A stretch of 64,000 nt of DNA from Tubiluchus corallicola. Its lineage: Eukaryota; Animalia; Priapulida. The notes beneath the pieces were generated by a model. The model saw only the letters and a list, made by a program, of their open reading frames with translations. It did no database searches and was not told where the DNA came from. Each line of letters opens with the position of its first letter. The first letter of the stretch is position 1. Positions 1 through 47,143 of the stretch are shown piece by piece. The stretch is from NCBI GenBank assembly GCA_030141605.1, contig JAQGDQ010000204.1, positions 62,001 to 126,000 on the forward strand, read 5' to 3'. A program made the position numbers and the translations under genes.

Positions 1-236
1 AGTATTTATGAATTGCGGGATAGATGTGCAGCTCGGATTTTAAACAAACTCGAAAGCTTTAAATGTGCGCGAGGGGTCAAAATGCAAAATAGAGCTACCT
101 ACATTTGGTGAACTTGGACGCAGAAGAAAGGCGGCCGAAAATCACAAATTAGGTCTGACACAGACACTTTTCCGGTGCTGAACAACTGTAACTTGCAGCC
201 TATCAAACGAAAGGTTTCGATGAGGCAGATTGAATA

Positions 237-410
237 GTATAAGTTGACTCGAGATTGATTGATTGACCCCTGACATGGGTTATTGGTCAAAAAGTGACAA
301 GTTTTGACTTAAGCAACTCGTAAGCACATCAAGTGAAAGATCTTGGTATAAGTTGACTAGGAGATTGGTTGACCTAATTCCTATAAGTCTTTGGTCAAAA
401 GTGACAATTT
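237..410. repeat. imperfect direct repeat of about 65 bp, 2 copies (237-304, 346-410), probably TE-internal
   Basis: gtataagttgact..gagatt...ttggtcaaaa(a)gtgacaa occurs twice. Confidence 0.7.
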
Positions 411-1453
411 CACGATTTCATTGTGAAATGCTATTCTTATGTAACCAAGAAATGTGTCTTCAATAACAGCAACATTATGACCTTCAGACAGAACACTTGC
501 ACTATTTCAAGCCCAAATTCTGTAACTACTGTCTGTCAAAGCTTCGGTTTCTGAGCACTTTCAGAAACATTGTCAGCTAGGTTTAAACTAAAATTTATTG
601 CTCATTGTAACGTAATTTTTTCTTGGCAATGTTGTTAATTTTATTGTTTATTAAAACATTGTGCAAAGTTCTACCGCATCGTAATGCTATTCTAAAACCG
701 TGTTTGTAATAAATTATCATTATCATTTATATTTATATTGATAATTTATATTATCAAAATTATATTTTGATCTTTCAAATTTTCATCACCTCATGAGTAA
801 AAAAACCTTGAAGTACCAAAAACGTTACCATTTTCATAACTAGCAGATTATAAATGATTCTAACACTAACACTCTCAAATACCCAAAAACCACATTCGAT
901 TGCTTCATTGACAAAAATGTATCCTCCAGACGGTTTTGTTGTTTCATAAACTTAGCTCAATTAGATTTTACTTTTTATTCAATAATTCTAGAAAAATGGT
1001 AGTATTAGCTTACACTCAAATTTTTTCTCAAGCCAAAAGATAAATCGATTACAGCAAACCGAAATCCTACAATGTGGCCTAACATTATTTCTAGGTTTCA
1101 AAAATGGAGACGTTGTTTAGACTGAAAATCTCGCAGAGGTATTTCACGATTTTTTGAAAATACAAAGTCTTTAATGTGAAAATAGATTAGACCACTTTTT
1201 TGCCGCTTATTGGGTTCAGCTGCTGTAACATCAATAACAGTAATAAACTAAACAAATACCACTGCTTGTAGTATTTGGTCATATATATTTTAAAAGTTAT
1301 TTCTAATCATAGCGGTAGCTTTCAAAATAATGAAAGAAAAGTTCATTATATACTGACTAATACTATCTGTTATCTTCTTCAAACTATATACACGAAATTA
1401 TAAAAAGATTCCTTAAAATTGCCTGGAATGGCGTAAAAAACTTTACTGCTAGT

Positions 1454-1988
1454 CAGGGCCGGATTAAGACGCCCTAAGCACTGAATAGATTACGGACCCC
1501 CCCCCCCATATACGTGTAATTCAGAATAAAACTAATACGAAACTGTAAAATAAAATTTTATCCTTCGAAGTGAAAAAAACTTGCAGAAGCAATTAATAGG
1601 GATCGGCTTTACATTGCATAAAAAGTGATATTAGATTAACACAATATTTAAGATTTTTTAAAAGTGCGCACAAAAATACAGAGATAAGTCTATCATGTTT
1701 TCCGTATCAGCACATTTTTATAAGCATTGCCACACTTGAAATATATTATGGCACATTATATAATCAGTAAATGTCATCGTAATGGGAAGTGAGCAACTCA
1801 GGCTGTTCAGTAGCAAGAATCTCGATGCCTATCCGTACCATCAAATTGTAAACAAACACGGAAAGTACCACACATCTTCGGGAATATTATACTTTTGGGT
1901 AATTATTCGATCTGAAAAACTGTGTGGAGGCCCCCTCTTCTCTTGGGACCCTAAATACGTGCTTATTTTGTTAATGGATCTTGAATTG
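1454..1988. mobile_element. non-autonomous hAT-type DNA transposon (MITE)
   Basis: Starts CAGGGCCGGATTAAG; flanked by exact 8-bp duplication CTGCTAGT (1446-1453 and 1989-1996); right TIR decayed. Confidence 0.7.
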
Positions 1989-2699
1989 CTGCTAGTAAAT
2001 TACTGGAATCAAGGTACTGAATTTCAAATTATTGATGTGCATGCTAGCGACATCTGGTACTGGGCTTTCAGATTTTTGTGAATTAGCCAGTACTAAAAAG
2101 CAAAACGTTTCCTATGTGATTGCTACGTCTCGCCATCTGCAAGCGTAATTCAGAACTAAGATTCTGTTAATAGTGATACTTGCAACGTTACCAATAGAAT
2201 TTTTTATAGTAGAACGAGTATGGCACTATATTAATGATATATAATCACATAAAATTTGAAATTTAACCTAGCTTTTTAATTAATTGTGACCCCATTTACT
2301 TAATTGTTACTATTCGTCAGTTGTTCGTTATTGTTTGTGTTGATGTGGGCAATGGTGGTATTCAAGAATGTGATACCAGCAATTGACAGGTAAATTTCAT
2401 CACGTTAGGACAACGATGGCATACAGTTCTGTTTCATTAGAGCATGCAGATACGAAATGGAACATTCAAGTACGCTGTTTACATTATACAGCCCGTGGTG
2501 AACAGGGTCGCTATCCACTTTATATTGAAATAATACTAAAAAACACTAAAATACTAGTTAAGACTATTATCAGTCGCAAATGACACGCCAATATATCAAA
2601 CTTATCATGAAAACTCGAATCTTGTTAATACTAAGATGTCCTGCTGGCTAACCTTTGTAAAAACATTCTATATCACGCTGGTTTCTCACATCTCTGAGA

Positions 2700-3045
2700 A
2701 ACCAGCGCTTATGCATGAAGCACAATTCATTCATGTTGTAAAATTTAAGCTTCAAACGGTCTACAACGATTTTTGGAAGTATAGTATTATAAAAGAAACA
2801 AGCAGGTATAATAACGAAAACAATAAGCCGCGCACTTATTGCAAGTTTAAATCGGAATTTAAGCAGGAAAACTATTTACATATTATAAACAACAAATGTG
2901 AAAAATTATGTTCACGAAGCTGCGAATGAGTGTGCGTAAGTTACATATAGAAAAAGGACGAGACCAACAACACAAAGTCCCTCTGAATGTGAGAATCTGT
3001 CAGCATTGCGACAGCCACCAGGTAGAAAACATGGATGCGTTTTCT
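2700..3045 (+). mobile_element. LINE ORF2 C-terminal fragment (RTE-X-like, zinc-knuckle region)
   Basis: NKPRTYCKFKSEFKQENYL...KLHIEKGR...VPLNVRICQHC..QVEN with stop/frameshift. Confidence 0.8.
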
Positions 3046-4302
3046 AGTTTCCACTGTTGACAGCCATTATAACTGCCAGTGTGTCATCACAATGGAACTT
3101 TTGATCGTATAAAAACCCGATATAATTCGCTAAAATATAAACTGCCAGATTACACTTCCTCTGCACTCTGTGCCAGTGGAATAGGGGCTGAAATGGTATA
3201 ACATATCTACTGAACCACGTAACCATTACTCCCCAGCGTGTTTCTTATAAACGCCACTATGCAATGGATTCGTAGCAGACAGAACCATTGCAATGCAGGG
3301 GTTGAGGTGAAGATAATTGGCATTTCGCCACCGTTATTATGAGCATGGGGAAGTAAATATAATGCTGATATTTTAAACAGACATTCCAGTCAATCTAAAC
3401 CATTGCACTTCTTGTCGATTCTTATTACATGCATCAGTTTTTTCGATTCATTAGCGATGTGAATCGTGGCAATACATCACAATACTGACGCTCATAAATA
3501 TAATGATGATGACGGTGATGATATCAGCGATGGTTGTGGCGACGGTGACGAAAATGACGGTGGATGACTATGACGGTGCAGTACAACCGTCGTCTTGGCA
3601 CTCCGTAACTTATTAAAAAGTTAACAGTTGAACTATGACTTGATACTGTAGTTTTCAATGAAAGCATTTTTGTGGTGAAAGTGAACTTTGCCTGACCTAT
3701 CTTTTAGCGGCAGCAGTAACAGCACATCCTAGTCTAGTAAGAGCAGCAGCTTCTCTCGCGCAGTCATCGCATTCATTAGTACTAGAAGTTCCAGGCACGG
3801 CAAGGAACATGCGTAAAACAAGCTGCTAGTTTGGCCCAATGTTACTTTCATTGAAAATCTCACCGAGAAGTCTACCTTTGACTCACACGTGGTCATTATC
3901 ACTGAGAGTAGAGCCAGGGCAGTACGTACGCAGAAGACGTGCGATAGCTAAAGAAATAGCGCTGACTTGGGTGAAACTGATGGATGAGTAAGAAAAACTG
4001 TTTCAAAAAAAATTCTCGATCTCTAGAAAACTTGCGCAACATTAATTTTTGTTATGTAGTTCTATTTCAAAAATTACTGCGCGTTTGGTCGCGAAAACAG
4101 TTTATGTTACGAGTAAAGGTGCAAGTATGTAGAACAATATAAAATGTGACGACAAGGTCTCCATTAATAAAAAAATCTCTGAACTAATGATGTGCACAAA
4201 ATCAACCACCGGTTTCTTGAGCAATGCAGAACTTGACAGATTTGGTAAAAGTGTTAACGAGTGACTTCATTTCATAATCACGAGTTCGTAGTAATTAAAA
4301 TC

Positions 4303-37928
<33,626 letters not shown>

Positions 37929-40392
37929 ACAGCTGAGAGAAAGGAGCTACCTTAAACAAGTAGTTCACAGATGTCATTTGGGTCAATTAAGGTCACATTA
38001 GCTTAGGTCTGCCTTTGCAAGGCTAACTTTATTTTGCCTCCTACAGAATATTCCCTTTGGAAGCTGCTCCTGCTCAGAGAGAGGGTTGGACAACAATAGC
38101 AGATCATGCCCAAATCTGTCAATATGGAATACCTTTACAAAAATGTTTAATTGTGCGCATGCGTAGTTTGCAAAGTATCACTATCTGATTTATTACGAGA
38201 CATTTTCCGACATAGACAAATGCATAGGATTATCTGATACTCATTGATATTCATTGTAGTATTCATTCACGGAGGCTTTTATTTAAAAGCAATCGTTTCA
38301 TATTATTATTTCCTTCAATTCCTTGTAATAATTAAACGATTGTGTAACAGATTATTGCTACTTGCCTTCTCTCTAGATGCCAAGCAATGCTAAAACAGTC
38401 TACTGGTCTTTGTAGCAAATAGATCGAGAAGTACAGCAAATCGGCATGAACACTTGAATGTACGTCATGTCAATAATTATATAATCATTATTTCGTGTAG
38501 ATTATATTTGTGCCATATAGCAGACATAGATAGGTCAAGTATACGACATGTTTATTTTATGTCTACGTCTTTAGTAAATTTTTATTACGCTGAGTACTAC
38601 TGAGTCAAATGATACAGTTTTTTCTTAAAAAATTGTTTTACATGTTTATTACATAATTATAATATTATGTCACATGTAGTGTGAAAAAGGAGAAGTGGCA
38701 ATTAATAGTATGTAAATACAAATGCTTGTTTCGCTTGATTGTGGCGCAAATAAGCTCGTTATGCTATTAGTCGTTTTGTGGTAAAAGTTTTAATTAGTTA
38801 CAGTAATAATTTTGTTTACTTTGTTTACCAATTTCAATATGTTAAAATGCTTACAGTATTACTCAATATTAAGTAACTTATATAGTCCTACATAATACAA
38901 TTAAAATATATTATTACTTTGTTGTACATTAAACATTACATCAACGTATGTATATAATATTACAGTGTAGCGTATTATATTATATGACGGTGTAAAATTG
39001 TTAAGTTTTAATATTTAAATAGGTTTAATTTATGTACACGCTACTACTATTATACCCAAGCAAATAGTTGTAACTTATGCATTAGTCATTATAATTCATA
39101 TCTGACGTGTTGCCTTGCAATTTACGAGTGCTTGTTCGCTCTATATTCAATCATGTAGACACGTCGATTTTTTCATGTTTGATCTTTTCCTTAGTAAAGT
39201 TTATTATGTAAAATTGTAGCTTAAAGCACATTGTAAAGATTAGTACCATGAACAATTTAGGTTACAACTACTGAGACAGATTACGTATGCAATGCAGGTG
39301 ATGGTAACTAAGCCTCTACTCAAGACATCTTTCTGGTCCTGCACGGAATAATATTATAAATTGCCCATACGAACATTAACTTTTTTAATTTTAAGCTCAA
39401 TTGGCTTTTGTAAATATGGCATAAATAGAGCTGCGTGTGTACATTTATTCTCTGAAACTGTGAAGTTTGCGCATTACAAAACTAGAAAAGGTTGTTTTCG
39501 TAAACAACGTATAAATTGTTTCAACAATCATTGTTCTTTGCGTTTCTTCTTCAACAGTAAAACTTTTTCCGTCTCACTATATATATATATATATTCTTCT
39601 AAGTCCATTCTCCCTTTCTCTCTCTTTCTCCCTCCCACCTCCTCTATCTCTTGTAGTGTCGCTATTGTAGTCTCCTTTTTTGAAGTATAGAAATGTCGAA
39701 CTCGTAACGTAAATAGTGTGATCGTATAGTTTATTGAAGTACAAAAACATCAGTCATATTAACATCAAGAAGTGAACAGTTAAAGCGAGAACAAGTACAC
39801 ATAGTTAAAGCACGAGTCACGAACACACTTCTCAACTAACTCCTGCAGCGTTCTGACACTGCTTATATTCGCTTTTACTGAGCTATTATTAGAAAGCCCA
39901 TTTTTGCATCTAACATCAATTCTATTCTTAGTATTGTCTTCATCTGGTGACTTGCTAGTCAATGGTCAGCAACTACTCTTAGAACATTTACTTAGCAACA
40001 GTTATCTTGACACTGATTGGTTGCTTGCATGTCAGTGACCATTAATTGTCAATCATCGTGACGTCATCTTGCTCTACCCACAGTGACCGTTATCTGTCAA
40101 TCACTGTGACGTCATTTTCCTCCTCACACTGGTCAGCATTGACTAGCCATTGGTCAGTAGCATTGCATGATATCTATATAAGCTGAAGTAATGTAATTTA
40201 ATCCATCAGCATACTAGTGCTTATAGCGGGTGCAGATGTGTTTACATATTTGTGGTTCTTAACACTAACATTATATTGGATACGGACGTTGTTTTATATT
40301 TCTAACTTGCAAGTAATTAACTCAAATACCTAAGTTCAAAATGGTAGGATTTGCCATTTCTTTCTGCATCGACATAGCATGTAGTTCCATCT

Positions 40393-40692
40393 ACATGTGG
40401 TTATAACAATTAAAGTTTCATATGGTATAACTAATATTTGCTTTTCCGTAAGTGATATTACTTGAGGTGGTACTTGTTTAGCAACATAAATTTCTCACTT
40501 ACAAAAAATTTTAATGGCTGCTCTATCTTGGAAATATAAAGCAACAATGCAACTGTCTATTCTGGTTCGCGGAAAAACTGCTGTTTTTAATTGGCATAAT
40601 TGAAAGTCATTGCGTAAACAATTATCGACATCTAAGGATGCAGGTAAAATATATACCTCTCTCAATTGATCTACAGCTAAAAAATTATAGTC
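40393..40692 (-). pseudogene. envelope (F-type fusion glycoprotein)-like fragment, 100 codons with one stop
   Basis: DYNFLAVDQLREVYILPASLDVDNCLRNDFQLCQLKTAVFPRTRIDSCIVALYFQDRAAIKIFCK*EIYVAKQVPPQVISLTEKQILVIPYETLIVITTC. Confidence 0.6.
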
Positions 40693-40699
40693 TTATTAC

Positions 40700-41905
40700 A
40701 GCGAATGTACGTGGGAGGTTTATTACTTCCATGTTTCTGTAATTATACCGTGTTGCTGTACCCAGTTTACGTATGTTGTTGAGTCTGTTGTCGAAATTAG
40801 TGAACCTATAACTATTATTATAACGATCGTTAAAAAATTGCGGGTTATTACCAACTGCCCTGTTCATACTATCATTATCATTAGATTGTAAGTTAAGCCT
40901 CCTACGCACGTTATCGTTGTTACGAAAATAATTTAGTCTGTAAGCAGTATCTTTCTTATCAAATTGTAGATTTCGCGAGGTGGTCTTGGATAAATATTTC
41001 GAGGTGTGTAGTTTTGGTTATAATTTGATCTATTTCTGTTTCTTGAATCTCTGAACTCTATTCTGGACTCAGAAGTTGCTGTTTTGGCGTGCCCGATCAG
41101 TGTTGTAATTAATGAATTGATTTCTAGTAGTCTGAAAATGCTTTCTTTAAAAAAATGGAGTTTGAGTTCTCATTCCCGTTTTCTTTTCAGGTTCCAAATC
41201 AAAGTTGTTTAATATTAGCGTCATAGTTTTAAGTGAATCTTGCATTTGCGAGATCATTTGAGCTTGTTGATCTAATTGTTTTTGATAATAAAGGGCAGAT
41301 ATTTGATTAGTCGCCCCATTAGTACAGTAATTACTTAGGCTGAATAACTGGCTATTTATGTCTTTAGTTTTATCGTGAGGATTTAATGTCTGTCTCCATG
41401 GGAAATTCTTTATCATTTTCATTAGTATCATGAAATCGATGTTTTAAAAATTCACAAATATCACTCGGCCCTGAGCGTGCTGATGCTTCTGATATCGCGT
41501 GTCAATATCTTGAGCTCTCACTAAAAACTGTCTTATAGAACCGTTTCTTATACCAAAAATGAAAGTTTGAATTATAGACTTTTGTATGCTAGGCAATGAT
41601 AATTGATTAGCGGGTTGCGCTATTCGACCATGCGTGCTAATTTTGAAATTTGGTGTCCTAATGCCTGTAGGGATTCGGTAGGTCTTTGACGAGCCTGGTC
41701 TAACTGTGTGAAAGCTCTACTAGTCTCAGTCTTATCTGAGTATATACGTGCTAAAACCTGTCTTAAATCATGTGCAGGTTTTTCTTGCAAATTAGGCAGT
41801 CGCGCTTTTAAAATCTGCCGGTTCGCTAATAACTGTTTTTAAAATAAAATAGCGATGCGCTTGTTCATTGCGCTCAGCAGTATCAGGAGTCAACGCCAAT
41901 ATCCT
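40700..41905 (-). pseudogene. gag-like remnant (capsid motifs, coiled coil, N/R-rich tail), frameshifted
   Basis: 41820-41620 RQILKARLP...QARQRPTESLQALGHQISKLARMVE*; about 41570-41510 FIFGIRNGSIRQFL; ORF-track pieces 41147-41431 and 40685-40909. Confidence 0.7.
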
Positions 41906-42750
41906 ATCAACAGCGACCATTAACTGTCAATCACTGTTACGTCATTTTGCTCCGCCCACAGTGACCGTTTTCTGTCAATCACTGTGACGTCATTTTCACT
42001 CGGCCCCACTGGTCAGCATTGACCAGTGATCTCAATATAAGTTGAATTAATGTAATCTTATCCATCAGCGTACCAGTGCTTATAGCGGTACAGATGTGTT
42101 TACATATTTGTGGGTCTTATTTAAACTTGTTCAGTATTAACTAACATTATATTGCATACAAATGTTGTTTTATATTTCTAACTTGTAAGTAATTAATTCA
42201 GCGATATTAATTTTATCGAAAAAGAATATGAAATATGTGAAAAATTATGAAATATTTGAAAATTTCGCAAATATAAAATATTTGCGCTTAATCCTATTGC
42301 TCAGCAAGAACAGCTACAAAAGGCATTATTTCGCTGATACCAAACGTATACTTTGGTGATCAAAATCTTAACTATTTCATATATTTACGCTATTTAAAGC
42401 CGAGATTACTCTGAAAACCTTTACATTCAAATTACAGAATTCAGAAGTGCGTGCATTCATTTTCACTACTGCTGCTTTTTATACATTTTCGTTAGCTAGC
42501 CAAAACAGATTCAGTTTAGCTAAGAATGTGTGTGGACGTGCATGCATGCACGCGTTAGCGTGTGTGCTATAAAAACACGGTGTTGTTACAGATGCTTCAC
42601 CCTATTTCAGAATATTTTCAATTCACTACAAATTTTTTCTGCGTTTTAGTCGAAGGGAGTGTTATATTTGAATGACAGTTTCTTATCATTCACTCAACAA
42701 TAACGAAAAGTTTTGTTTGACCATCTGTAATGTTAATGGTTTCGCAAGAA

Positions 42751-42900
42751 CCGATGACGTGGCTGTGTGCATAAGGCGCAGTCCGCGTTTCATATGAATG
42801 ACGTAGGTTCGATACTCGCTTTGGGATAGTTTGTCATTCGTGGTTAAGACACTTATTTTGGTTCTGTGGCTTATCTGCGGCCCGTCTCACATTTTAGCGC
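42751..42900 (+). mobile_element. degenerate tRNA-derived SINE (CORE-like body)
   Basis: A-box-like TGGCTGTGTGC at 42760, B-box GGTTCGATACT at 42806, followed by ..GGTTAAGACACTT. Confidence 0.55.
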
Positions 42901-45900
42901 ACTTACATGAAAGCACGTTGATGCAACAGACACACACATACAGAGAGGGTTTAAAATGACACGTGTCGCTGAAACTGAAGCGCATCCTTTAATTGAGGTT
43001 GCACGAGACAATTTTATCTATTAAATGGCAACTGATATCTTTTACTTCAAGAGAAACTTATAGTAAACCGAGCTGCCGTAATATAATTATTATCCAGGCC
43101 AGCGAAAACTCGTCACAATCGATGTGAGCAACTTCAGGTATCGGAGAAATACATGCTCATCTTTTTCTCACAGACACTGTAACGTTTGCGTGATTATATC
43201 GTTTTCACTGAATGTACTTTTTTCTGTGCAAATAGCTGAACTGACGTGTTTAGAGGAACAACTTGCTCAGCCGAATTTTCTTCCCTATATACTGAGCAAG
43301 CTAAAAAATAAGTTTGTTTTAAGAAGGGTTTGTGTCCAAATAACAAAAAATTACAAAGGCGCGTTTACAAAAAAATTACGAAGCTGTGAACACTTTTTGT
43401 TGATGAAAAAACCAGCAATGTATAAACAAGGAATTCCAGAGAAAAAGTAAACAAGAGTAAGCCCCGAGAAAAAATCTGAACGGTGTGAATTAGGTTTGTG
43501 ACACAAACTTTCATATTATGTCTATACGTTTTCTCAAGTTTTCTGTCTTGCAATAATGGCCACGACATCTGCTTAGTTGCAAAGTTTGAGCATCACCAGG
43601 CCTGATCAGAATATGGTAATTGGACAGGTGACTGCTCAGAATGTTTCTGCACGGGGCCATCTGCTATACTGGCCCTTCTTTATGAGCAAGTTTAGTATTA
43701 ATCACGCAAACGCAATACTAAGCAATGCTGAATTAGAAAGCCTGAAAAATTTTGCACCTCTACTTGAACTCGAACTCAAAACCTTCTCTTTCCTGGCAAC
43801 TACGACAATGATCATAATTTATAGATATGAAAAATGCATGAATAGTTAATATAATGCTTTACATATTGCTGACAATGCAATTTGTCTACTTGCACAGTAA
43901 GGAATTGGACACAGGAACCTATTAATGGAACAAAAGCTTGTTGACAAGATTGGAACAGTAGTTGTCTCAATAAAAGTTAATAAAAAGGTTGAATTTATAA
44001 GAATTCCATTTGTCTACTCGGTCGACAACAAAACGCCCTCTTGTCTGGATGCATCTGAAAACAGAACCTATCATGCCCACCAAGTCAAAGATCTCTCCTA
44101 AAGTCCTCACAAAAACTGGCGCGCTATGTATGAAAGTTCTATATTATATAACATTAACGTATAATAATGCTTATTCTCATAGCTTTTGGTGCAACACTTC
44201 TATCCTAGTTTAACAAGCAAAAAGGCACCCCTTCCAAAAAATCTCAGTCGACATGCTGCAAAGTTGGCTTTTTGTACGGTAACACTCTTTTTCAACTGCT
44301 AAAAATTGACGTGTCATCTCTTGTGTTCTACCTGTAATCATTCATCTTGAAAATCTTCTAAAAATGACTTTAGAATAAGAATGAAAGGAGACCTCAACCT
44401 TTAATGCTAAAATAATAATCATGGTCTCTTGCATTCAGTTCACCAAGACACTATTTCATACACATAGCTGTTACCACGTGTAATTATAATAATATTAATA
44501 CCTGCCAAAATATTATTTCACAGTAACGCAAAGTGCTTCCAGAAGTTGCTACTGTCTTTCACAACTTATAATACGAAATCAGTAGAATATTTCACGTGTT
44601 TTAGTCATAAGAAATGGACGGCGATAGCTCAACCACATCACTGCTGTTCACTTGTTAAAAATATTGAAACTCAAGTTTCAACTCGTAATAACAGATAATG
44701 TATCTATTTTTTCACAAAATTGTTAACGCACCACAAGACTTCTACTGGTTTGCTCAAATAAAAAAGACTTTGTCTGGCGCAAGTTGCTTTAGGATTTAAT
44801 GTAGATTTGCCAATTGCCTCTAAACAAACATAACAAAAGAAATCAATTATAAATGGAGGATAAAAACGACTGCTAATCTTACTTTGCAGGCATATCAATG
44901 TACAGTGTAGCATGTGAGAAACCAGTGCCTGCATCTTATATAATATTAACCGCGATTTTTGTTTATCTCACATACATTAAGTTGTTGACTGACAATATTT
45001 TGCAGCTGTAACTTGTGTCATTGGTTTGATTACTATCTTAGCAGTCAGCTCATGAAAATTCTAATGTCTTATAATTTCTTGTAAACCTGAAAACATTTTT
45101 GTTCAAAGAGGCAATCTCTTTAAATTGCTTCATAGGAAACTAACAGGCCTGTGATGATACATTGATGTATATCTTTTATTAGTAATATCTTTTATTATGA
45201 AATGCGTATCAATGCAAAATGTGGTATCGTGATTGAGTCAATGATATTCAGCAAATTAGCATGCACTTGACAGTATGCTGATAAAAATGATGTGAAGTAA
45301 TTCATTTTGCAGCTGTACAGTGTAGTGTAAGTATCTCTCATTCAGTACGGTGAGTAGTAGTTGACTAAAGGTGTTTAAGCTCTAGTAGACTAATTACGTT
45401 GTTTACATGTAAACTTGCGAAGTGGCAAAAGTGAATCAGAAAATGCACAAGCAGCTTTTAAACCTAAAGCATTGATCTACTTTGCCTTTCTGATGGCTTA
45501 CAAGGCAAACAATAGTCTACACAATGCATAACTAATAAATAAAAATCAAACAGTTTGTTGAGTTATTTTAGCATTTAGCAATTGCAAAACTGTTGATTGA
45601 TGAAATAAATTTAGCATTTATTATCAACGGCTTCATCTAGTTTTTTTTAATAAAACTTGCAAACATCTACTCAGGCATATTGTGATTTGTATCGCATCGT
45701 GACCTAAGTGTATCGATGTACTCTAGAAACCTCTTGGTATCACTCGGCATTTGAAGATGATGATCGATTACAAAAGGTAAAAACAATAACTTTTAGATTA
45801 ATTGTGTGCTAGCATAACAAAATTATCCATAAGTCAGCATAATTAAAACTACATTATTATGCTTCAAAGTAGATGACCCAAAAATCTGGTCAAATGTCAA

Positions 45901-47143
45901 TCTTTCATATTTTATAAAAACAAATGCTAAGTATATTGGACTTTTATATTCTAGGATCGAATTATCAAGAAAGTGTTCAAAAACACTAAAAACTTAATTT
46001 TCCAACCTGTAGCAATTTTTCTGTCTAGAAACTAGTACTACAATTGTAAAAAAACCCATATTTTCAAACTCCAGTAGTAGCTCCTGGAAGCTGTCATTTT
46101 GCTTTGGATTTTTTCTGTTGCCAAGCCCAGATCTTCTTCAGGAAGAGTCATCTACTGGACTTAAACATAACTTCAATGTGCTCTTGCAAAGTCCATAGCA
46201 ACCACATTTATGCGGTCGCAGTGTTTTGAACAAACGTGACAGAAAACAATGGCTAACTATAACAGCTATTTTTGTCAAAGTTGTGTTTTCCACACTGCAC
46301 CTCAACTTCAATGTGGAGTTGAATTACTCCAGCTTAGAAGTAACATAGAGTGATGAGCTTGGTATCAAAATGATCCCCATGAAATGGAGATTCAGAATAC
46401 GTGAATAACTAGAAAAGTTTAAATGCAGACTTATGGACGATTTTGCTATGCAAGCACACAATTTGTAGATCTTTTCACTTGTTGAGAATTTAACTATTAC
46501 TGATGCAAAAAGCAAAAAAGTTTATACGTGTGGTGTTGATATTATTTTCTTGTCTTTGAACGTCTCATTAATTACAGTATAATAAAGATATCAAAACAAG
46601 GGCAATGAATTATAAAGAACCATAAGGGTCACATATTGTTCTCACATTTAGGATTGTCTTCTTATTTTCTGTACATGTTGTAGTGTTGTTATTGTTCCAT
46701 GCGCGTGACATAAATGGTCTAATTTGATGTAATCTAATACTGGTGTACATTGTGTGCAAGTAATCATGAACAATACAATATTGAATGAGTACTGTTATTC
46801 ATTAGGAAGAATCTTTATTTGTCTATATTCCTAATTGAAGATTATACAGAAAAACCAGTAAGAAATTCGACTGTTATGGGTTTTTACCAACAAATTGTAA
46901 TTTTTAAGCAGTGTTAACACAAATTAAGGTACCTGGTATAAACAAATAGCCATTTAGAAAACATCAGATAAAATTATTTATTGCCTAAATTATTTATAGT
47001 TTCCTGTAAGTTTGTAAAAAAGCTTTTCTTTCAAATAAGCAATTAAATAAGAACTGATGCAAGACTCGATGATATGCAGAGACGATAGATAACGAGAAAA
47101 AACAAACATCAGATGACAAACTTTTAGGTCAGTTAATGCACTT

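Larger units (their letters stand above)
39694..42200 (-). mobile_element. decayed, internally deleted LTR retroelement (Ty3/Gypsy-like gag plus env-like remnant, no pol)
   Basis: Direct repeats about 40034-40324 and 41912-42200; gag-like QARQRPTESLQALGHQISKLA and QTFIFGIRNGSIRQFL; the lower repeat continues on - through TATAAG (about 39862-39867), AATAAA (39730-39735) to ...TTCGACA (39694); no TSD, PBS or PPT found. Confidence 0.75.
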
